From Polymyxa betae A26-41 (Eukaryota; Protista; Endomyxa: Phytomyxea), in NCBI GenBank assembly GCA_003693705.1, contig RBZT01000734.1, positions 1 through 64,000 on the forward strand: a DNA stretch of 64,000 bases. Direction: 5' to 3'. Numbering within the stretch: the stretch's first letter is position 1; the number at the start of each line of letters is the position of its first letter. The position numbers were made by a program, and so were the translations under genes. Positions 46,001-58,765 of the stretch are shown here, in pieces. The notes below the pieces were generated by a model. The model was given only the letters and a program-made list of their open reading frames with translations. It was not told where the DNA came from and did no database searches.

Positions 46001-49000
46001 ACGCGACGCAGAGTCATATCTAATACCACAGCGCTGAATGCGATTAGAGCGATGATAAGCGCAAATCGAAACAGGGAAATGCCGTTGTCGACGTCGGGAG
46101 CTAAGGTTGTGTCAATTGCGGAACCGACTTGCACCCAGAAATATGATGCCAGCAGCGAAACCATTGAGAGAAAAATGACGTTCAAGGACGGTGTAGACAT
46201 AGCAGCGATGATTTTTAACACAGCGGTGGCACAGACGACGAAAAACACTAAAATCCCGGAGCTGTACAAGCTCCCAACGTTGTTGTTGTCAACAGCCGAG
46301 GTTGCAACCGAGCTCGTACCTGAGCGAAACCCGAGACTTGCCCATGCATTGATCGATGCCATAGTAAGAAAGAAAACAGCCACACCGTGTACAATTCCGT
46401 TCAGCATGGCACGAAGCGTATGCCCAAGGCCGAATCCGCCGCGACGAGCCCCATTGTGAAAGTACACACGCGGGTCGTTCTCCGCAATGTCATCGCTAAC
46501 ATCTTTATCGCTGATTCCGGTGACAAGGATCGGCAAGAGAGTCAGACCCAAGTCAAACATATCACTGAGAACGGCAGGAACGAAAACAACGGCTGAAAAT
46601 CCATTGAAACAACCATGTAGAAACTGTATCGTTGGGAGCAACATAGTCTTGTAGATTGAGAGCGAAGCGACCTAAGGAGAGAGTTAGTGCTCAAATTGGA
46701 TCAAAGGATATTACACTCAAGAACGTTTCGTTTCATAACATTGAATTGGAGAAATGCAAGAATAACTATTCTAACACTCAAGAAGAGCATTGCGGAAATA
46801 GAGGAAACGATAAGCATCCAAAAAACAAATTTAATAATTTGCTGAACCTGACATAGACGATGATACTGCCAATGGCCATGGACGAGAATTAAGCGAGCAA
46901 GCGTCACAAATTTGGGCATTGAGTAATCGCTGCAAAGGACTGCTTCATTGGCATGCGTCAACGAAACATTTCCAATAGCCACACCAACATGAGCGGCCGC
47001 CATCTGAACGATGTCGCTGGATCCTCGAGCCACAGCCAGAGTCACGATTTCGTCCCGTAGCCCTTCGATGAGGCTATACCAAATAACACACAATGCCCCA
47101 GCCAATAGCCTTCGCAGGATGCTCCAGTGTCGATCTCCAGCTCGGAGCTCACGCCAAGATTCTTTAACCGTATGTCGAGCCTGATCGAGCGGTAAATGCC
47201 GGCCGCGGGTACGAACGAAACGCACAGCGCGAGCTTTGTCGTCTGGTGAACACTGGGCCAGTACGACTGTGTCGGCGACAGCACAGAGGCGAAACAAAAT
47301 ATCAGACATGACAGCATCGCCTGCAATTAGATTGAAAGCGACGGCGTCCAGAGTCAGGGCCATAGGGTTGTCAAGCGCCTGGTTCAAGTACCGCGCATGG
47401 TAATCAAACAATTCCACGCGAAGACGACAGCATGCGGCTTCAAGTTCGGCGTCGACCTACACAGAGGCAACATCAGCATCGGCACCAATCTTAGATCAAT
47501 AGGAATGAAGAGACAAATAGGGAATGGAGTGAACAGGAAATGTAAAGACCAATGTCATGTGGAACACCCGACCTGTTCGGGGGTTGGCTGCGCCGCTGCC
47601 CGTTCAGCCTGAGCACGCTCATAGATCTGATCGAGGGTTGGTGGGGTGAGCCTGGGGTCAACATCGGGGTCGGGCCCTATGGAATCGCCCATATGGAATT
47701 CATTAATAAGCTTCTTGGTGACCTTGGTCGGTGCCAGAGCAGGCGATGACAATAATTGCACCTGGATCATCGCTGGGGTGATGAGTTTCGAGCGGTAAGC
47801 AGTGGCACGAGCTGCTGCTAGCGATTCCGAAGTTGACATCCAGAATTTGATACCGCTGACTTGCATACGCTCTATCATGGTTGGGACGGCGCTATCAACG
47901 ACATCCTCGAAGGCAATCAGACCAACAAACCGCAGTTTAGTCTCAATTTGGTCGGCTAGGAACTGAAGCGTGGCCGTCTGTGGCGTCAGATCCGGGGCCA
48001 ATAACATTTCTCTGGTGATTGGATCGTGATCGGTCCAGTTTATATGGTTGGGATCAAGATTCCGAGCTCGGTAATAAAGCGGCAACCAGATGTTATGGAA
48101 ATAGGTCAGCGGGATTCGACGTTCGGCAATGATCATGGCGCGAAAGCCAGTACGCCCATACCTACAATGGATGGTTTAAATCAGCGGAATACGGTTCTAA
48201 AGAGATTTAGATCACCGGTCCAGGGCGCCGAATACGTCGAATTTCTGCCGGTGTACATCGATGCAACGGTCAATCATGTCACGAGCCCAGCCTTTGCAGT
48301 ACAAAATCATATCGGAACCAGAACGCTTGACGACCACAGACATGCGTCCTCGGCTTGACATAGGATTGATGGCGACGATGTCGACATCTTCCATTACCTT
48401 CTTATGACGTAAGGCTGGCGGCGGCTTCACTGCAACCCGGAGAATTGGACCCTCCCGCGACTTGAACTCCCAACCGAATGCTTTGGCAGCTTCGACCATG
48501 GCAACCTCAAAAGGTGATGATGAACGATACTCAAACGCCTTGTTGAAGAATTTATCGTCGCGTTTGATTGTCGTCTCCAGATGGCGCTGTTCTTTTGCCA
48601 ATTTGATCCGCGAAGTAATCGAATTGCAGCATGCCATAATGGTTGCAACGAGACGGATACGCTTTTGTCGGTCGGCATCATCCTCATTCCACAGGTCCTG
48701 AATGACAGCAGGGCCCTCAGCATCATATTCAATTCCATCACAGTTGATTGTCGCCACTCGAATTGTGCCGGTGGACAATAGACCAAGCTTCTCAGTGAAC
48801 ACGTACTCGACCTGCCCGAGGTCGGCGTTAACATTGCTGGTCATCATGGCAGGCTTATTAAGTAGATTGCTGGTCTGCTCCCAGAGCTTTTTGTCGGAGG
48901 ATACTGAGACGCCTTGCGAAGTCATACAAAGCTCCAATGTAATCCATATCGATATCGATCCAATGGTGCTATACAGAAAGAAGAAATAGGTCCACGATAT

Positions 49001-50566
49001 CAACAAATCAGACGGGTCGCTCAAATACATGTGCCAAAATTGAGTCAGATCAACGTGTCCGGATAGCCCGAGGTCCTGTACGACGATTTCTGAAGCCACC
49101 AGACTCGTTCCTCGCGCGAATAAGCTGTTGCCGGTGGCGCTGAAAAGAGCAAACAGCAGTCGCACACCGAGAATCAAGGCCATGGCCCAATCCAGCTGTT
49201 TCATGAGATGTGATCGTTTCGGTTGGCGACTGGCGCTGCGCCAATTCTTGACGACTTTGCAATCATGCCCGGCGTAAACGACGACGCCGATGGCAGCGCC
49301 GGTGTATGCCAGCCGGGTCCCTCGCATGGCCAAGTTCGATAACGACAGCCTGGCAACGTGCGAGTAGCCGGTGCTGGCTGAATCGTTGCCGAGTTCCTCT
49401 TGCAAAATGCGCTGGACTTTGGGATGCTGTTCGAGCGGCATACCTTTGCAGCGCTCAATCTCCTCGCGCTGCATTTGCGCAGCTGCCTCTCGGATGTCGA
49501 CGCCGAAAATGCCATCGAATGAGGTCAAAGACCGATTCGGCTTATCACACAACAATGCTCCTATGAAGGACATTTAGATTATTCATCCAGGCAACCCCTA
49601 AGCCCTGAGAAAAAATGGCCATAATTAAACAGCAAATGATGCTGAAACAACCTTTAACTCGGCGAAGACATGTTCCTGTTTTGAAGATAGAGGTGACTTC
49701 GACGGCAGTTTTCAGTGACAGATTGGTATCACCGTCCACATTGGACGAATCGATGAAACATTCGCCGTCACATTGACCCTCCAGTGGATCGGTTGCCAGC
49801 AAGACCATATCGGCCGGAAAGCGCTCGCCATTCTTCACCTGAACGATATCGCCGACGACGATATCGCCCCAGGCCATGGATACGAAACTGCTCTTGGTGG
49901 CAACTGCTCGGAGCTGGTTCGGGTCCAGGACCAGACTACGTTTGACATTTTCTTGGGCGTCAGCTCGGGCTCGTTTTAGATCCTCGCTATATTCTTTCAG
50001 CATTCGGATTGCAATCCATAGTGCGAACTCGTAGCGTAGTGGCATGAAGGAGCTCTCATACGAATTTGTATAGACCTGATGACATGGTAAGAAGCTCTGG
50101 AATTAAAAGAGTTTGAAAAGTGCGGCAAATTTTGCACATGGGAGACATCGGATAGAATAACGCAAATAGCAGAGTGGTTTGATGAGTTAAAAGGGGGAGT
50201 GAAACGTAATGCGGCTTAGTTGTGTGACAGAGAGAGAGAGAGAGAGAGAAATTCAATGCTATTCATATTACATTGACGATGATTAGTGCGAGGAAGACCA
50301 GGTTGATGGGCAGCTGAATCTGCTCCCAGAGGCATCGGGGCACGAACGTTGCCAGCGTGTACTTAGCCGTCTGCATCGTGTTCCGCGCGTACCTAAATCA
50401 GCATCTGTTTCAGCTGCCGCTGATGTAGTTTGATTTCGGAATCCCACCCAGCCGCCCCGTTCCGTAGGCGATCATCCAGCATGACGAGACGCCTCTTTTT
50501 CGGATCGTTCGGTTGGGCCAACACTGACTCGTCGAATTTTGGCTTCCGCCGAGCGTTTAGCACCAT
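40003..50566 (-). CDS. P4-ATPase-like / transmembrane nucleotide (guanylyl)-cyclase-like fusion protein with three DEP domains; catalytic motifs degenerate (multi-exon, ~3000 aa)
   Basis: P4 signatures: NTMQTAKYTLATFVPRCLWEQ, WGDIVVGDIVQV..FPADMVLL, LGQVEYVF, SSSPFEVAMVEAA, RMSVVV..LYCKG, LILVHGHWQY. The single 1176-aa ORF 43114..46644 joins the ATPase C-terminal helices to a TM block, a cyclase-fold domain (LSIGIDTG..GQVCIGRATYELV) and DEP domains. A second TM block and cyclase-fold domain follow (VACGVAVGGVLSAVLPG..IYGITVDLAAQL). Confidence 0.85.
50229..50248. repeat. (AG)10 microsatellite inside a ~196-nt intron of the fusion gene
   Basis: Direct reading of the sequence. Confidence 0.9.
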
Positions 50567-50741
50567 TTTCTGTTAGCTCTATCAGTGAATGTTTGTATTT
50601 GCTGATAAAAGTCGGACCTTTTGATAGGCAGATAATCCCGTTTTATGGTCCGTCTCTAAATCAAGAAAGCTGAAGCTGGCCGAGCCGGCTGAATGCTCCT
50701 CCCTGAACAGTCAGCGAGGCGATTGCATCAGAACGAACGTT

Positions 50742-51065
50742 TTACTCGGGCAATATTGTTGCCGCTACTGCATGCTTGGACATATGCGTATGGCCTGCTC
50801 GACTGTCATTCCTGCTGGCAGCTGGCGCTGTGGCACTTGCTGTCGGCCCAGGGACAGCAGGGTGCCCGCTGGATCGGCTGGGGGCATCGACCGGGCCCGT
50901 TGACGAAGTCAGGACGGTTTTGATTCCCTTCTTTCGGGTGCCAAATTGAACAGCGGCGAGTTGCGCCAGCGAATCGGGTTTCTTCTTGGCATTCGAGACG
51001 GCGCGCCGGGGTGGCGACGCCGACACTCGCCGTGCTGTACCGGCGAGGTGAGCGTCATCGGCCAT
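50742..51065 (-). CDS. Hypothetical small basic, low-complexity protein, 107 aa
   Basis: ATG-initiated GC-rich ORF filling the gap between PRMT3 and the fusion gene; no family recognised. Confidence 0.45.
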   Translation of the reverse strand: MADDAHLAGTARRVSASPPRRAVSNAKKKPDSLAQLAAVQFGTRKKGIKTVLTSSTGPVDAPSRSSGHPAVPGPTASATAPAASRNDSRAGHTHMSKHAVAATILPE

Positions 51066-51150
51066 GATCGTCTGACGAGCGGCTCCGTCACAGCAAAATC
51101 ATTTCAGCGTCCACTTAAACAAAGAGAATGTTAAGGTCGTCAATACAGAT

Positions 51151-53140
51151 TTATATAGATAAGCTGAAGCATTGCGGAGACAGTTTGCGGCTGGCAATTT
51201 CGAGCTCTAATGAGACGTTGTAAGAGCGAGGGGATGATGCGGGTCGAGAAGCGTGCAGTTGGCCAATCACGACCTGGTCGCATTCCAGAGCAATCGGCTG
51301 AGCCAGCATGAAGATTGTCTGCTTCCAATGTGTGTATGGCTGGTCGGGAGCCGTAGTCAGTCGTACTGGTTCACTGCAAGCAGCAGCGAAATCAACATTG
51401 AAATACGACACAATCGCATCAAGTGTCTCGTTACGCATCGCCTAAATCCGCTATTAAACACTTCGAGTCTTTAAGCGGCTCTTGACAGAGCTAGCAACAT
51501 ACGCGAATGGTGAACGTCGACGAGAAATCAAGGTCGGCGTCGGTGGTGCGTCCGATGTCAATCTGCTTGATGAGGGCAGAATCTGTAAAGATAGCGTCCG
51601 AAGGAAGCGTCGCGACCCAGGCCCGGCCTGAATTGCGGCAATTTTCCAACGTCTGGTCGACTTCGCCAATGTCGCTCATATCGAATCTGACCCGGATTGT
51701 TTAGCAACTTGTTGATACGCAGACGAAAGGGCCAAAAAATGAAAGAGATTGGTACCCGTAGAGATCTTTCCAGAAACCAAGATTACGACTTGCGAAGGAC
51801 CTGGTCTGAGCGCCGGCTACGAACAGAGCTGCCTGATCCGGATATACAAAAGCCGGGTCAACCAGAAATTTATCGCGAGCAACCAGGACAGATGACAGCA
51901 TGGATTCGAACCTGTACGGCATGAGAACAGCATTACCGATGACGACGCTACATACAGAAGAAAGTAGCCCATCCATTCCGAGATGATCAGGTCCACTTTG
52001 CAATCCAGCTCGATCGCTTCGACTTTGCCCTGGATGATCTCCACAATATTGCTGTAGCCATTCCGGGCGACAGCCAAGCGAGCCTTGTGCACGATCTCGG
52101 CGTTGTCAATGCCGATCACACGCCGGGCTCCGGCTCGAGCTGCGAACAGGCACAGGATCCCGGATCCGCATCCCACGTCCACTACGACCTAACCGCTCAT
52201 TGACTCAAACCTTGACATCATGACTGAAATCATACTTTGTTCTCGAATAGATGTCGATTGCGGTCGCAAAAGGACTGATATGCCCGGGTTCGGGCTGTAT
52301 CTCTCAGCATTTCTTCATGGATATCAACACAACTGTATCCACTGAAATACGCCTGATCTTTCTCAGCGATTTCGCTAACCTAAACAGGATTCAGCCTTGA
52401 GACGGAAGCAGATTTCTACGAATGAGAAAAAAATACAACTATCTCGAAAATGGGCATGGGTGCATGGGCAGAGAAGTAGAAAGAAACAAAGATAAAACAT
52501 CAAGTAACATTACAATTTGTTGTTGACTAGAAGCGACATTGCCGTCTTTGTTATCGTCATCGTTCAAGCCAAGGGCATTTTTGAAGGTATCCTTCATTTT
52601 CTGAATCTATTCGATGACACTAAATTTCGGTTCGGCGGCTAGCCGGTTATCAGCCCGACCTCTGCCCTCAAAGCCTCGTTTTCCGTTTGCAGATCGGCAA
52701 CGTCATCGTCGCTGTCATCGCCGTCGGACGAATCGTCGTCGAGCGAGAACAGCAACGGATCATTTTCAATAACGGGCTTCAGGTATTGTTCGTGATTCCA
52801 AGGACGAGTATCGCTCGAGATCTGCTCAATTATCGCACTTGCTCTGCAGCCTTGCGCAGCACTGGCCCGGATATAGTTCACTAATTTGACGACATCGTAG
52901 AAATCCAGTTCTGATCATGATGGTTTAACAATCAGCTGAGAAGCGATCTGAAACACACGTACGATGTTGGCGCCGAAACTCTCGCAAATCGAATCGATGC
53001 TGTTCGGCGTCGTACCGAAGGCATTCGTTGACCGACGGCAGCGTCGTCTCCCGGTCAAATAACGATGTGCAAGGGTCGTTGGGCAGCAGCGATTCGGTGT
53101 CGCTCAGGTCGTCGTCGCTGCTTCGATTCCCGCACAACAT
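51151..53140 (-). CDS. PRMT3: Protein arginine methyltransferase 3 (multi-exon; start approximate)
   Basis: N-terminal PRMT3-type region (SLFD..HRFDL..LDFYDVVKLVNYIR; YLKPVIENDPLL); IHEEMLRD..RT; VDVGCGSGIL; ISEWMGYFLLFESML; THWKQT. Confidence 0.9.
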
Positions 53141-53587
53141 GGTCAAATGAGGATGGGGGATCCGCGTGCATTAATCGGGCTCAACAATCGGACTGCGTGA
53201 TTTCAATCGAGGGAGTTCGACCTGCCTGCATTCGCATCTCCATATGTTAGAATAAGCTAAGACAACTTACAGCGGCTGCTCACGAGGATCGTTAGGGCTA
53301 ATGGCTTTCAAAACAATTGTATTGCTAATTAATTCTGGCACATGAACGAAATTTGGAAGTTTCGCTACAGACTGCGACGGCTCTCGATGGTTCAGCGTCA
53401 GTCTAGGGCCTGAAGCCATCTCTGTTTCTAAAAACAGCATAGTTGGCACCTTGCGATCTGTGCTCGGCCCGGGTTGGGCCCAATTAAACAACCATGTTAG
53501 TAGTGAGATGAGTTCATAGGAGAGGGCGCAACCGCCTGCATCTAGTTCTCTCTGCAGTATCACTTTCATCGACACATCGTCGTTATC

Positions 53588-54179
53588 ATGTCGACCAATG
53601 GCCACGATATCGATCTAGGGTATTTCACTCAGACGCGGTCGACCAATATCATCTGGACGTTCGGATGCATATTCCTTTGCATTCAGGTGAGGCGGCAACA
53701 ATCCCCTTAAGTGGCGCTGTTACTCAATATTGCAGAACTTCGCTCTTTGGGCTTCCGTCGGATCCTTTGGAAGAGTGAGTGTTCAGTTTGCTGCTGTATG
53801 GTACACATTGGTGCAGTTTGGTTATATTTTATATGGTATCTTCATATTAAAAAGATTTATGGTAAGTCGATTTTGAGGGGTTAAGTGGTTTTCGACGCTG
53901 AATCGTGGTATTCAGAAACGATTTGGATTTGGTGGAATCGTTACTGGTACAATATTATCTTCTCAGTTTTCGTTTTTGGCAGCAGTTCTGTTCTACGGTC
54001 TGAATGCGATTCAAGCCGTTTCTGTATTCGGTGTCATGGCGGCGATCTTTTTATCAGTGGCTGCCATCATGCAGATCATTTTTAAGAATGATTATCTTCC
54101 CGATAAGAATCACGAGAACGAGCAGGATCACCAAGAGGTCCCTGTCTCCGCATTTGATGTTCGAGAAGATATTAACTAA
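53588..54179 (+). CDS. Small multi-pass (about 4 TM) membrane protein, unknown family
   Basis: Clean GT-AG splicing gives MSTNGHDIDLGYFTQTRSTNIIWTFGCIFLCIQNFALW..FGYILYGIFILKRFMKRFGFGGIVTGTILSSQFSFLAAVLFYG..VFGVMAAIFLSVAAIMQIIFK plus an acidic tail. Confidence 0.7.
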
Positions 54180-54499
54180 CTATGCACTCGAACTAATTGA
54201 GATAAAGACTTGTTATAGCATCGAAACACAGCAGAACTCCTACGACATGCGAAATTTTATTTCGGTAGTGTAGTTATCCCCCTTTTTCTTAGATCTACGA
54301 TTACACATATTATTGTAGATAGAAATAGTGTCAAAGGATAGTCTAGGTACACCATCTGGAATTAGGAATTCAGCAAAACGGTATCAAGCGCGGATCAGGA
54401 AGCTTACAGCGTGCGATTGATGTTCAAAAGCTTCATTAACAGGCGGTATAAGCGGACCTGATTTCCTAATCTCAAATACAGCTCTGAACTTATGTTTAA

Positions 54500-55719
54500 T
54501 CTTGATCAGGCTAAACTTACACCAGCTACCTGTTAGAATGTTCGACTCTCAAAATTAAGATTGGGTCGAGGTAATTGTTGATATGCCCTGACATTACCAA
54601 ACCATCAGACCCGCTCTCTTGCCAATTTAAGTACTGAAAGCGACGTTATTATCATTCCGAAAGTGCTAAAAATTCTCAACCTGGCCAGTCAACTCGACTC
54701 GAACATGATGCTTGCCGGATTTCGAAGTGATAGTGATGATGCTGATCGGCTGTCGTGCCTTTGAGCTAACAATCTGAGGGATCATGAGAAATGCGAGAAA
54801 ACGGTTCAAAAGTTCTCTGACGCATGTCATTCTATTTGCATCGAATGTTTTAACTGTACATTTGCCAGCATATCTCGGGTTTCTTTGCTTGCACATGATC
54901 TTCTCATCAAAACTGAACATAAGTTATTTCTGATCTAAAACTTAAGCAGACAAAGTTCTACCTCATTCTGAACTTCAGTCTTCTTCGTTTCTGCCGAATA
55001 TACAGGAATGGGACTTTCTGGTCTTTCGCTAAGCGGTCAACATAAGCTGCCTGTAATATGTTGTTCAGCAATGATATTAATTGATAACACCAATGAACAA
55101 CTTGCCCTATAGAAAGGTCTTTTGCCATCTACATATTCTATTATTAATGCGGGTGCATGGAGACCTAAATCGGGTTGCTTAAGAGAAGGCAAGACATGAT
55201 GGCTGATGCCGACCCTGACGATGGACCAAATCCACTAATCAGGTCTCAGTCTGCGTCATGCAAAGTGTTCCATCTCGATTGCTTACTGTGACGTATTGAA
55301 GACCATTCGTATATTCGAGGGCCAGACGATTCCATCATTTGTGTGAAAGAGGGAACAGGTGCCTCCTCTCTCTCAGATCTTGAATGACGATCACTAGCAA
55401 TTGTGTTAAAGATCGGCGACGAGCTCTACAAGCACATTTACCGGCTGCGATCGTCTTCTTCCAATTCCTGCTTAGAAATCTGAGAGTCATTCTGGTCGCT
55501 TTCTTTCTGAGGCGAATCCTCTCGGCCATCGAATACCCAAACGTCGGTTGGTTCCGAAACTCCCGCCGCCAGTGACTTACGAATTTCGGATTCCAGGTCG
55601 CTATCGCTTTCCATGGGCTCGTTTGGGCTCTCTTTGGGCAGGCTTCGTAGAAGCGCCTCATAACCTCTGACGCTCCGATATCTTTTGCTATAGTCGCGAT
55701 CAGCAGCAGCAGCATCCAT
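54500..55719 (-). CDS. Hypothetical multi-exon protein with acidic N-terminus (3' end uncertain)
   Basis: MDAAAADRDYSKRYRS.. first exon, followed by a series of ~50-nt GT/GC-AG introns and open exons down to about 54500. Confidence 0.45.
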
Positions 55720-56501
55720 GATTGATGACGCAGTAATGATTGTTTCTATGTTTAAGTTAGTATGAGAGGGTTCCTGCAACCTCTGCTGTCCACTAAACAA
55801 ACCCTAATAATGTCGACTCTCTTAATTTCACTTTCTAGCATGTATGCTGTTCTTGCAATCGTTATAGCTGTTGGCGATGTCTCCAACTATGACTAAGCGA
55901 TCACTCTGCCTGCCGATGTCTAGTTTGGGATCCCATCAAGGTCCTACAGAATACTCTCCATCTGTGATGAGCTGGCCATGGCCGCTGACGCTTCGTGCTG
56001 ATCATCGACGTGGTGTGACGGGGGAAAGAACGCTGGCGTGGACGCCGCGAGCCATATTTGCTGCAACGAATATGAGACCTTTGACTTGTTGTACTGTAGT
56101 TTAAGAGAAGCAACAGAGTTCCATATCATTTGTAGGCAGTTGAGCTATTAGCTAACATGACGAAAATTTTCGTTTTCGTTCTCAAACGACAAGCACGTAA
56201 ACAAGGAGAGCGAGCTTCGACCCTTTTCCAGCTCGTATCAGATTCACCAGATTCCAGAAATATAACATATCATCCAAAGTATTCTGCATATCGAAGCTTT
56301 TGGATTTCATCTTCTGTTTCACTGCCTCTCAGGACCTAAAAATATTCAATCTTGCAATTCGATCCAGCCTATGTTTTATGTCATTTAAGATGCAGAAAAG
56401 CACGTCGGGAATTGCTGCGCTGAGACCCGACAGACCTCGCAAAAACCATCTCTGGATAGTCGTCGTAGCAGCATCGTCGATCTCGGATTGTCTCGTGAAC
56501 G

Positions 56502-56790
56502 ATGGGTGGTGGCAATGCTAATAAGACCATGATGTCCAGACAGAGGAACCAGGACAAGCTGGCCAAGCAGAAAGCAGGCGGGAACAGCCAGCTGAAAGAG
56601 AAGCAGAAGATCATGAATATCATCTGCAAGGTTTTTTATTCGATCGACTTTATTTATTTTTTTGAATTCGGTTTAGGTCTGTAGACAATCTTTCATGTGT
56701 ACTACGACCATGGTCGATATGCAGACCCATCACCAAACTCGACACCCGAAGCTCTCCTTCGAACAATGTTTCGACGCTCCGAAGAATTAA
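56502..56790 (+). CDS. 4F5/SERF-like N-terminus plus C2H2 finger protein (ZNF706 / At2g23090-like)
   Basis: Spliced: MGGGNANKTMMSRQRNQDKLAKQKAGGNSQLKEKQKIMNIICKVCRQSFMCTTTMVDMQTHHQTRHPK. Confidence 0.85.
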
Positions 56791-57951
56791 ACGCCATGTA
56801 ACTGTCCCGATAGTGTAATAGAGAGCTGTACTTCTTACAGACTGCTAGAAGCCGCTCATAGCTGGAAATGCTATCGTCAGCTAGTCCATCGTATCCGTTT
56901 ACAAGACGCGATGCTTGCTGTCAAACTGCTGACGTCTTCACGTCAAACATCATTAAGCGATGTGGATTTCTGCTGGTGCGACACTTTTGGTTATCCAACG
57001 CTCGTATATTGGCAGCGTTAATAACCTGGTTCTCCTCCGAATCGGTGTGCTGCAGGGTGCCTTTCTTTGGTTCGAGATTGTTGCGCTCCATTTGAACCGT
57101 CTTCATCCCGCCTGTTTTCGAACGTCTTCAAAAGGTGAGAGTTCGCTCGCCTATCGATGCGTTCTTGGCATCTCTTTTTAGAGTACTTCAATTGAAATGC
57201 TCGATATGAGAGAATCCTCTCCCAGATGCTAAACGAGATAACCGGAGACAGATTTCACCGGATCGCGTTCTTGTATAGGTTGCGATCGAGTCAGTTTGGG
57301 ACAACAATACGATCAAATAGCTTTGCATGTCGAAACAATGCTAAAGTTAGCCGACAGAATGAAATTGAGTTCGTTGATCGAAATTTACTGGCAAGAAAGG
57401 TTGAGCTTATTCGTAAGATATCTGAGCGGAATCTGTCTATAGAATATGTATCCCTTTTTGGTTAATTATTGTACATAAACCCATTCCTGCTCTGTTTCCG
57501 TCTCAGCTACCCTTCAAAGAGAGCTACTTCCTTGCCCTCATGAGCCGAACGAAGTTTCAGTCTGCCCACGAGCTGTTGTACGGTGAACGTCATGCACATT
57601 GACCCCGTTCAGCAAGCAAGTGACGTCTGTCCGAGCAGATATAGCTGTTTAAAGCTTATCAAACCAAATCCTCATTGAAAATTGCCCTCAATCAAAGCAA
57701 TTATGTACGTCCAATCCCTTATGTCGTAATCCCGTCATAAAGAAGAATTCTTTAAGACATTTGGAGGGCAATTTAACACCGAATCATGGCGAGCATAGTT
57801 TAATGCCATGCCGTCGGGCGGCTGACATCGCAAGCGTCTACTTTTAACTCTAACTACTGGCATCATTCCCCAGTGCCACTGAGTATTCGAATTGGCGAGA
57901 TCCTACGGCACCAGCATGACCACCCTCTTTTTAGAATTATACTGAAAATAG

Positions 57952-58350
57952 CATAAAACCATCAGGAGTGCTAAAAACGGACCTGTTATTGGAGACGCTA
58001 CCAGGGCTGTAAAACGTGGCAAATGGAAGTATGTCCGACAACAGGAGGATGAAGAGATCGTTGATTCTGATGGATGGATTAAGCGCGTCAGACCAACTCC
58101 ATTGCCTAGTCTGTTTACCGAATTCGAATGGGCGAGATTGGATCAGTTCAACGAAGCAACTAATCAAGACGTTCACAGAGCTTTTCTTCCTAAGACCAAA
58201 AGCGGGAAATTTTACATCGTACTTCCAAGTTCTTATTTCAGCGATGAAATGGTCGCTTTCCTTAGATCTATTGGAGTAAAATCTACATTTCTCAGGAGTC
58301 CAGAGGAGTTAGAGGTTAAAGATGAAGCATTTTCTTTCGGAAGGCTCCAG
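57952..58350 (+). CDS. Internal exon of a hypothetical gene
   Basis: About 130-codon open frame (HKTIRSAKNGPVIGDATRAVKRGKWKYVRQQEDEE..) flanked by AG and GT; further short exons follow. Confidence 0.35.
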
Positions 58351-58765
58351 TGAGGCAGACTAACCTCGTCATTGAGAATAACGATATTCATAAATTTAAA
58401 GAATTTTTTAAAGTTGTCTATAAAATCAATAGAAGAGGATGGGATAGTCATACGACCATGGAGAAGCGAAGACGGATACCTCATACCTGTGAGTGTAGTT
58501 ACATAAGAAAGGGCTAAAACGCAATCACTACATCCACAGGTTGCTGATGACGCATCTCGTGCCCAGTTCAGAGCGCGTGAAAGAACTTGATCATATAAAT
58601 CAGGTAAGAACCGACAATAGATTAACCAATTTGCGCTGGTGCTCGAGAGACTAATGATCTGAATCGTGATTTAGGTTAGACGATATGGAGGCGATTATAA
58701 TGGACCCTGGTCGTGGAATGGTCATGACTGAGAAGGCGCTGGGTGTAAGTCGAGAAGGGCGTCGT

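Noticed and set aside
43114-50566. Treating the P-type ATPase and the cyclase/DEP part as separate genes or as a pseudogene
   Set aside because: The junction is within one continuous ORF, and the ORF breaks examined coincide with GT-AG introns rather than random lesions.
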